In this document: piece by piece, positions 41,991-51,703 of the stretch
Layout of the letters: every line of letters begins with the position of its first letter
How positions within the stretch are numbered: the first letter of the stretch is position 1
Source of the DNA: Mizuhopecten yessoensis
Lineage: Eukaryota
Reading direction: 5' to 3'
DNA length: 64,000 nt
NCBI RefSeq assembly: GCF_002113885.1
Contig: NW_018408906.1
Location: forward strand, 594,890-658,889
Notes under the pieces: generated by a model
What the model saw: only the letters and a program-made list of their open reading frames with translations
Told to the model about the DNA's origin: nothing
The model's database searches: none
Program-made: the position numbers and the translations under genes

Positions 41991-42518
41991 GTTGCAACGG
42001 CGTAAATTTCAAACAAACAAACAAATGTAGCCTTCTTTCTCCTTTGCAATATTTTTTTCGACCGGCTACAGAGAAGAGGTTGTATATAGGTCATCCCTTT
42101 TCTTCCTTCAAAATGGAGTTTAGGCCGGCTACGGCATATTATTGACCATACACATATTTATATTAGCGCATTAATATTTTACCTCACAGGGTACATCATT
42201 TCTATTAACGCTATCGTTTATAAGTGAATCGACTCATTCGTTAGGGAAACTACGTCACGGATCACAGATTTTCATTGTTAGCGCTGTGCATAACATCATG
42301 TTATGTGATAAAAATAAAAAATACCGCTCTAATACGTACGTTTACAGTGTTTATTTTAGGTATCACTTCCAGAATCGTTTTCAGTAGCGTAGTTCTATAC
42401 TTTGCCTCCAACATCAGTGGATTAGTTAATCAACTACGATACTAACATTGTAGTGAACTTGCTAAATAGCAGAAAGAATTAAAGAAGAAAAATTGGACTT
42501 TTTGGGTACAATAGATCC

Positions 42519-42691
42519 TACCGTAAATTTGTGTATTTAACACGCGAGATATTTTTTTAACGATTATTCGCTGGGAGATTCAGACGCCATTGAAGAGGAG
42601 ATATATATATGTAACCGTTGTGTTCCTTTTGCAAATTATATCCTGGCGAACACGAAAATAAGCCCACGCAAAAATTAACTGATTTACATTA
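42519..42691. mobile_element. Tc1/mariner-type MITE (TA-flanked), decayed
   Basis: TA|CCGTAAA...GATTTACAT|TA ends with internal CGCGA/CGAAAATAA-type subrepeats, recalled as typical of bivalve MITEs. Confidence 0.5.
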
Positions 42692-44632
42692 TGCGCTGTA
42701 CTTACATGGGAGTTAACGCAGAAAGTATGGGTTTAAAAATCATAAATAGTCTTCTCTGCATATTTGAGACCAAGACTCAACCTGATGTCCACCACTACAT
42801 GATCGAATGAGGCGACTAATTAGACAGAATGGGAGAATGTGTATTTTTCCTCTCAGGATGTACGCTTTCCTGGTCAATGTATCATATACAATATCATTTT
42901 TTTTAGGGAACGAATTGGAATTGTCACAGTACAAAATGTTGCAGCTTCTACTTAAAATAAAATAATGCGATTGACAGGTTGTCACGAATTCGAATATTGA
43001 GGTGTATATTAATATGAAACTAAAAACAAGAAATATGATAATCATGGCCGTGAGGTCGCCAATGATATTCAAAATTGGTGAGAGAATTGATTAGACCTGA
43101 AGTAATATACGACACATGAGATGTATATACATGTGAAACTAAGCAGAGTATTATGTTCTAGATGTCGCTACCGGCCTTACTAAAAAGGTGAGAGAGTAAA
43201 ATAAAAAATTACAATTGAAGTTATATCCGACGTAAATGTGTAAATTTCATGAAAGAATGTTGAACTGTAAATACCCTTATAGAAGGGAGACTGGGTCATA
43301 TCAAGATATAGCTTAAGGAACGTATTTAATTAGGAACACCTGTGTGCCTCATCAGTATTTGAGATCTTCGGTTGATGTGAATATTTTCTTTATCTGCGGA
43401 TGATTTCTATCATAAAATAACTCGCATCGAAGAACTAGGGGTGTATTTCAATTGAAGGTAATTGCTCTATCCAACTCGCCCCAGATCCTTTTCACTCCTC
43501 GTCAACAAGTTGTTTATCATTCATCTTTCCACCAACATCATTACATCTCAAGGGATAAAAATAACGTCTCTTTATATAGCTCCAAGATAAAATATGTAGA
43601 GTTTTCAAACCGGAAGGTATCATACATGCTATCGCTGCCCGCGGGAAATAATTTTGGTCGGTAACATTTGAAATGACGCCTCGCTGATCATGGGTATTTT
43701 ATGGTACACCTCAGGACGCGATTCACACGATGACCTTCGCGATAATAATATGATTGTTTTCTATATCTTTAAATTATTCTCATTGTTTTATACGACGTAT
43801 AATCTAAAAGGAAAAACAATTTTGCCCATCCCGGAATACGGAGATATTGAAATATATTTGAATATGATTGAAATGCCGTTACGGTCACTTGGTTTTATAG
43901 TAACAGTTAGGTATGCACTGTATTTAACTGTTAGGTGCCGCTATCGTCAAATATGGCGCGGTATGTAGCCATCCTACACATGTACCATCCTAAGGCTAAG
44001 ATATACACAGCACTGGTTTTGAAATGATAACAGACCTGCTGTATATCATATGAAATCTATGATAAGAGTCCGTTCTTCAATTTTCATTTGAGCGAGCCAA
44101 TGACGAGCTAAAATGAAAACTGTGTGACTAGTTCCATAACTTTCGTATAATAAGGAATGGAGGAATCGAATATAGTTTTCATCATGTCATCAAGAATTCC
44201 ACTGTTTAAAAAAAAAAAAAATCCAACTTTTTATTTGCTCGATATCTATTTGCTTTAATGTCACAATATGATCTGAGAATTTCTTGATAACGTCGCTATA
44301 GGTTGTTTTAAAACTATTGTTTGTGCAAATTGCAACATGAATGTACGTACTGTTAGACCTGTCAATTAGAGCACTCCTGATGCCAATGCTGCCGTTCATA
44401 TTAGTCAGATTATTTTTAATTACACAGAATCAAGTCACATCAATACATGTTTGTATACATGTACAGTGGGGCCTAGTTAATATCTGTTTTACGCAGAGGT
44501 ACTGAGTGCACAGGTTCTGTTTACACAAATATGTATAAGTTAGGCCTTGTTAAAAGTGGGTTGATGTACTTCTCTAGATTCGATATTTAACTGTTATAGT
44601 ATATAAATAAAAAAATAATTGCATAACCTTGA

Positions 44633-45905
44633 CCCCCCTGCAGGTGGGGGATCGGGAAAAGAATACCCCTGCTATTACCCACTGCATGTATAGTAGGAGG
44701 CGACTAATGTAGGAACTCCTGCAGAATTGGGGATTTGCTTTGGTGTCCTCTATTTTGGGACACAAAAGCGACCACAATAAATCTGCTGCGCCCATTGTAA
44801 TATTTGGGATATTTATCTCTCTTTCTACTTCTAACTACCTTTTATTTCCTAGCACCTTTCTTGGCAACACCGGGACATACTGTAGTCCTTACTGGCAGTT
44901 GTTATTCCCTGCTTAACGTTCAGCATTTAGGGGAATGGCAACAACTGGTTCACCCGTTGTCAGTATAATGTGACCGGGCGGAATGCTGTGATTGGTGCCT
45001 TCGGCGTGGCATTTAAGGTCATATGAGTGTATTGTTAAACGGAAATAGGAAGTACATCCCAAGTTGAAAATCCAATGTAGGGAGACGGTATCATAATTTC
45101 CGCATATTCTAATGTTTAATATTAAACTGATGAATACTGTATGCTAATTATTGACAGAACATTGTGTTCTTTCAATATTAAAGTATTGCAAAGCAATCCA
45201 GGCCTTAATTCAGTTGTTTTTAAATCAATGAGTCACATGTGTCCATTTTTCTGTACTTCAGGAAACCGGCTACCTATTTCACTACTGTGAAGTTTTTCAA
45301 GAACGATAACGCTTGCATGCAATTACTATGTGTATATGGTTTTATTATAAAATGTCAATTTTTAATCGTTTATAGATGATTAATTTTACACAATTTCAGC
45401 ATTTATGAAATTGACATACATTAATGCAATACTAATCTATGTTATTATCATTTTTATTGACATTATTTTGCAAAATAAATGTGTGTTTCAATTATTTTTT
45501 ACATGAATTTCCATTTAAAATCCTTAACATTCTGACAACCTATTTTTTTTTTGTGGCAGAACATTTTCTTTACTTCAAAGCAATATAACTACAAAATTTG
45601 AATAAATTCTACTGAGAAATGGCGACACAATCTTATTACCTTAAGTGAGATATAGTAGCACTATAACGTCGGCTTCAGATCCGCGCTATCACAAGGAGGC
45701 AAGCACACCAATATACCCTGTCTGCTGCATACACATACGCAAGCACGCTTACATTACACACATGGAGGTACGTCCTTAACAGCTAATGTCATTTAAGGAC
45801 GTATTTTTCAAGGTCATGCTTGATTTGGTTGGGTTTAATTTTGTTTAACGTCCTATTAACAGCTAATGTCATTTAATAGGACGTTAAACAAAATTAAACC
45901 CAACC
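44633..45905 (+). mobile_element. Composite SINE copy 2: 5' module present, tRNA head deleted, split by a TTAA insertion, rearranged tail
   Basis: 44633-44872 matches 4775-5010. The sequence then jumps directly to GGGACATAC (equivalent to ~5077). It resumes after the insertion at 45645 with CCGCGCTATCACAAGGAGGCAAGCACACCAA. Confidence 0.85.
45017..45640. mobile_element. Non-autonomous Kolobok-like DNA transposon (624 bp)
   Basis: TTAA duplicated at 45013-45016 and 45641-45644. Termini GGTCATATGAGTGT and (reverse complement) GGTAATAAGATTGT. Removing it restores the SINE seen intact in copy 1. A TTAA TSD with 5'-RR ends is the Kolobok signature. Confidence 0.8.
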
Positions 45906-45930
45906 AAATCAAGCATTACCTTGAAAAATA
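45802..45930. repeat. 58-bp near-perfect inverted repeat with a 13-nt spacer
   Basis: 45802-45859 is the reverse complement of 45873-45930 with one mismatch. Confidence 0.93.
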
Positions 45931-46376
45931 TTACTATTTGATTGGGGATTTTCTGCAAATGCTGACGGACCTGAATCCCAATGCTAGCTTAATTCAAGGC
46001 AAAGAGATTACTCAACGTTAGTCTGAAACTGAATATGACTTATGCGAAATTAAATAGAGACTTCCACCGCATTGTTGTACATATATCCCTCTGCTTATAT
46101 CAATCAGATTTCAATGCACCGCTAAATTACAAACTGCGAACACAATGAAGTGTTACGAAGAACAGTTATTCCGAATCCGCAATTTGAACGGTTCTCTTAG
46201 AGAGGAACTAGTGAGTTTAGGCATTTAATGTAGATGGTTTAATATGGGCTTGTGCCATTTATTTTACGAGAAAATATTAAAACACTTACGATGAAATGCA
46301 ACATCAATTCAATATAATATTTAGTGACGTTTTTTAGTCTTAGATTATGAGACGGAGAACAAAACAATTGCAATGA

Positions 46377-46504
46377 TACTGGTAGCGTACATATTTAAGC
46401 GGTACTCTAATTTTAGCGCTTTTCGCCTTTTAAATATTGCGCTAATTTATGATTGTGCTAAATGAAGCTTTGTACATAGTTTAATTTTGCAAACATTTAC
46501 AGTA
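46377..46504. mobile_element. Decayed Tc1/mariner-type MITE
   Basis: TACTG...TTTACAGTA ends with inverted TTTAGCG and CGCTAA subrepeats. Confidence 0.4.
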
Positions 46505-46705
46505 CTGCGCCAATCTGTTAATGTTGGCGATACGTTGAAGTTGCAGTCCCCTAAAGCAAGTACCTTTACAGTATGCAATTTGCATGTAAAATTGATAATA
46601 AGGTGTTCATGATAAAAACATAATTAGCACACCATTGTAGAGAGTAATGCATTATTAACCCCAGAAATACCTCTATTGTTTGAGGGTAAGAAGAATTGGC
46701 CAGCA

Positions 46706-46762
46706 TTTTGTTTGAGTGATTGGGGTTTAACGTCATTAAACAGCTAAAGTCATTTGGAGACG
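46706..46762 (-). mobile_element. Isolated SINE 3' tail
   Basis: GTTTAACGTCATTAAACAGCTAAAGTCATTT is the reverse complement of the Meta-SINE tail. Confidence 0.55.
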
Positions 46763-46894
46763 GGTGGGTAGTGGAACGAAATGATTGCGATCCCAAGGGC
46801 TACAATAGGGGCAGCATATTAAGTTTGGCTAATCCAATATCCCCTTAGAAGAAGACATAGAAAAAAAAACACCAGATTTTACAATACATTCGGA

Positions 46895-47130
46895 TACAAT
46901 ACAATACATCTCCAGCACACACGCAAGCATACACCCATAGGGAGATATTAGCTAGGTGGCATAGGTCTAGTAGTTAGCGCCTGATAAGGCAGTTCCTGCG
47001 AATTCCTCAAAATTGAATTTATTGATGTATATGCTAATTGTATTAATTGTATATCTATGTACTGTAAAGCGCTTTAGAGTGGCTTATGTTAGCTAGATAG
47101 GGCACTATATCAAATGTTGTATATTATTAA
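46895..47130 (+). mobile_element. 3' end of an L2-type LINE or SINE (copy B)
   Basis: Matches the reverse complement of 11105-11335. Ends TGTAAAGCGCTTTAGAG...GGGCACTATATCAAATG...TATTATT. Confidence 0.75.
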
Positions 47131-50100
47131 TAGGTATATTCTCTCCCCAATGAACCTGTAGAGGTTTCAGTCTGAATGCCAGTATCCAACTGCATTACCG
47201 TATGAGGTGACTTTTGATAGACCCCCTACATAATCTGGGATATTTATTTTTCGTCGCTGTTGTAATAGTTCTTGTTCGTGGTGTCCCCTTAGACACCTCT
47301 GGTTATTCCGTTGTCAGAATAGTGAGCGTCGCAACTGTAAACAAGTTATGACAGTGTATAGTGTTCCTTTGGTTGGCACCATCACAACTAGACAGTGTCT
47401 TCATGTGATTATTCTCTTTTTCAAAGACGTTAAACCCCAAAACCAACACACTCCCGATACACATACTTTGGTTAGAGAAAATAAGCTAGATACGAGGAGG
47501 GCATGGTAATGACTCGGGAGTTAAACAACAAAATTCAATAATTTAAAAGAATATTGAAATACTGTTGCAATATATTGTTAAGAAAGGAATAACTAACATC
47601 AAGTTATTTTTTCCTTGTATATAGCATAACCGCTCTGTTTCTCGACTCTCGACTAAAACTGATGACTTTATAAAGCTCGGTTTTTTAAATCTTAAATGAT
47701 AAATTTCTCAGATATCCTGATTTTTTATTTTTCAGTTTTATAAACTTTAAATTAACAAAACAAAATTTTGGTATTTATAGAATATCGATTTTTATTGTTT
47801 ATTTATGCAGTTTGAATGGGGTTAGAACTACTAACATACAGCTGTAAATGTTAACATTTTCAGTTTTAAAGTAACAGACGCCACTGTGGTGTTAAATTGA
47901 TGCCGAATTTTTAGAACTACCTGCTCATTTTTTAAGACAACATGAACCTCAGTGTAGACTACATGAATTAGTATGTAGAAAAAAAAATCATGTTAGCGCA
48001 TGAATTCATGGGCAAATTGATTTTGCATAGTGTGACGATTGGTCGAAATAATTTATAGAGAATTAAAAAGAAATCTGGTAACATTTATCTGCACCGGAAA
48101 TATTGAATGCAAGATATGTTTCAAGATAAAAAAAATATCCGCCAGAACCGGTTTCCTTGGCATTGGCCTTGTTGCCTTATCAGGTATATTCTATGTCATT
48201 AGTAGTAATGATTCATTTTTTGTGTGTGTTTAACATATTGATATCAGTATTTAAAACGAACACTGACCCTTACACAGTAAGTCTAACGTCTAATCACAAG
48301 TATCTGTAAAAAAAAAGAGAAGAACTTTGACTTTTCAAGGTAATTTCAGTTGTGAATTTCAACTAATTAAGTCATAAGTAATTAAATATATACCTGTAGC
48401 CATTGTTATGCATTATTTATAGGTACGTTAATGAATCTAAATGCCGAGGATTGTATTCGAGGTTCTGTCAACGAAAACAATCCGGTGGTGTTATTTATCA
48501 TGGTTCCTTGAAAATGAGCTATTCTGATACGTTGGTCTTGACACCATGTCTATTGTGTACGTTTGAACTAAACGGTCTTTTAAGGGATAATTACATGAAC
48601 ACGGGTGAACAGGTACATGGCCGTTAAAAACAGAATTCCTTAAAGGTACCTGACGATTCTTGACGATAGGGTCTTTACGAAAACGAAATACCTTAAAGTC
48701 CATACCGTCTATATTGATATACTTCTGTGAAATTCTGTTGGTCGTGGCTGCCAATGTCCAGGAGGCTAAGTACTGCTTACTTGAATTAAAAGATTAACAT
48801 ATATGTTTGTCAGAACTTTGGACATATTTGGCAAAAAGAAACATATGGGGCATACAAAATGATAAACAAATATAACGATATTTTTTTTGATTTTTTTTTG
48901 GATTTTTTTACTATTAATGCCTCAAATTTTAAAATTCCTTTTCTTGAAATTATTGTAGATGTATGCTGACGATACTTCTTAACCTTTAATGTCCGAAGGT
49001 CATGGCGCGGAATAGATCACTGGGACGAAATTCCTATGAACCACATCGACTTTGCCAGTGTTTTTGGTAGAGAACGCAAAGGGAATGATTCCGGGATCGA
49101 ATTACTACAAGACAACATGATCAAGGACCAACAAAGCACTGAGCCTACCAGGTCACTGCCGACAATGGCGAACTGTGTTTAACCATAGGCTCAGCAGATC
49201 ACACATAGGAGTAAAGACCATTCCGAGTGCATCTCCTCTTTTATGTTGCAACATAATCTCTGATCGAGTGCAGTTCATCCCCATTGCGGCTGATGACCAG
49301 TGGCTGGTATCGTTAAGGAAATGGAACATCACAGTAGCCGTACTATATTCACTCGCCCTGTATGTAAAAACATAGACTGAAGTTAAAAGATCGATGAAGT
49401 TCAAAGGGTCGTTCTTAGACGTGAAAAAAATACATGGACGGACACAAATACTGAAAGAACTGTTAAACCTGTTTTGTTAATTTCTGATTTAAAAGTGATT
49501 GTTTTTAATTGATTTTGGGGATGATATGTCTTTAATGAAATATTTTTTTTCTTAAAAATCATGCTTAAAAGCATCAAAACATTACTGATGTTCACATCAC
49601 ACTACAACATATTTTGGTGATTTGATATTTTTTAATACGGTTTCCTCTAATAATATATGAATAAATACAAGGTTTTCACCGTTTTATTGCACCTCTGTTC
49701 GTGGTGCATTGACTCTTCTGAGCTGTAAAACAAAACGTCACTAGCTACCTTTTAGAACCGCTTAATCGTTAAATTCATTTTTGACTTGACATCCAACAGT
49801 TAAACTTTCGTCATTCTCTGTTGTAATTTCGTGTCATATGCCAATATAGCTATTAATTACACTTTTTAGTCATAAACGAATATATATATCTTTTACGAGT
49901 GGCTTCCTCTAATACGCAATCGTTTAATTTCACACGAATGTGTCGTCATTTTGCGCCGCTCGCCAATAGTGCAGTATAACAGCAAAGTCATTTCCCCGTT
50001 ATTCTTGAACTTCAATGTGTACTTCGATATATAACTTTTGTTTTAATGTCAAAAGTACTACGTTTAAGAGAATGACTTCCCTCAGAACTCGTCGTCTGAC

Positions 50101-50966
50101 TTTCACCCCCGTTGTGTGGTCATTGAGTACCCCATTGAAGTCAACCTCCGTGATATGATTGCTCATACAACCTACTATTATAACTGTACGCACTGACGCT
50201 GAAGATAAATGCTTGGGAAAGCTACCCCAAGACGAAAATCATAAGCTCCGTAGATATATGAAGTTAACAATTAGCTTAAGAAAGTTTTACATATTTTCAT
50301 TTTTGTTTTGGTCATAAAAGAAGCAAATTTTGACTCAAACGCGAGCAAGGACAATATGAAAATAATTTCTGTTGATAATTATCATCATTAAACGTTTCAA
50401 GAACATTTTCACCAGGTTGTGTATCTTTGAATATCCTTGTACCTGTATAGACCACCAAAGTAGGGAAGGTCAGCTCATGTGACTGGCGATGACTTTCGAC
50501 TTTTCAAGTTCATCTCCAACCCATAATTACCGCCATGGTTTAAAATTTTAAGTCAAGAAATCAACAACCTTAAAACCACAAATCGGTAAATGTAATTCAC
50601 TCAAAGTGCGTTCTTACTATCAAACCCCTTAATTAAAAAGAACCAAGAACCCTATAACGAGACTGTTACGAATCAAAGAAGAAACAGTGGATAAGTGGAA
50701 TAAAAATGTACAATATACTCATTGTTTAAGGATGTTATACTTATTTTGATTTTTATCTCCTTTGCAAACGTCACTGCAGCTTGTAAAATACTTAACCAGA
50801 ATGCACAGTACTGCACTCATTGATGAAACTTGAAAGGTAATGCTGAATGGGATATTCATAATGAAAAACCCAAGGAAGGTGACTATCAAAACAAATCACA
50901 TTGAAGCTATATGTGAGGTACATGTACATTAATAGATAGTCTTGATATATCCATTCATCACACACC

Positions 50967-51073
50967 AAATCATGGCATACTGACGGAAAATCATGGCATA
51001 CTGACGGAAAATCATGGCATACTGACGGAAAATCATGGCATACTGACGGAGAATCATAGCATACTGACGGAGA
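50967..51073 (+). repeat. 21-bp minisatellite, 5 units
   Basis: AAATCATGGCATACTGACGGA repeated nearly perfectly. Confidence 0.95.
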
Positions 51074-51613
51074 ACATTGTTACGTCAAATGGCCTGCTTC
51101 ATCCCACAGCATGGTAGGACGGAGAAACCAATATCGGGTTTTATTTTCAGAATTGTGTGTCTTTTGCTAGGTTCCCTGAATGTACCGTAGAGTGACGACA
51201 GACTTTAGTGAAAATTGACCATGTCTATATCATATTAAATGGCCATACTGTATCATTTAAATAAGGTCTCCTCCAAATTTGGCTCACACCACATTTTGGC
51301 ACTGTCATATGAAGGACATTCTCTTGTAAATTTATTGAATCATTCAGGAAACCATCGTTGAAAGAAACTCTTCTTTGAAGCATCATACTAGAGAGAATGC
51401 ATGGACCTGGTTTACTCGACTACATGATCGTAAGAGGCGAATAATGTACTGACTTGAACAGTATTTTATGTCCTCTTTCAAGTGGCAATGGAGAAAAAGC
51501 TTGATATGGCACCTTTGCAGTACTTAAGATATTTTCCTCTACTTCATATATTTTCGTTCTTGATATATCTGTCGTTCATCATCACTTGCTTACTCTTACT
51601 ATATATATAGTAA

Positions 51614-51703
51614 GACCTGCTGTTAGTGAGACCATGCGACAGAAGGTTCCTCACTTTCATCTTCTACGATAAATATGACAAGTTTAATTTCAGCAATGCA
51701 AAT
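51614..51703 (+). pseudogene. Penelope-like element reverse-transcriptase remnant
   Basis: Translates to DLLLVRPCDRRFLTFIFYDKYDKFNFSNAN. This resembles the recalled bivalve PLE (Naiad/Chlamys-type) motif LDL...LYDKRDDFNF.I.N. Confidence 0.55.

Noticed and set aside
35042-42030. Many ORFs with the repeat THDISLDICRYMTCVLFLYCVAIF
   Set aside because: They arise from the 72-bp satellite. Frequent stops, frameshifts and an inversion argue against a gene.
48959-49182. Selenoprotein exon (VC-TGA-RYFLTFNVRRSW...)
   Set aside because: It resembles no selenoprotein family I know, I saw no convincing SECIS, and there is no supported upstream exon.
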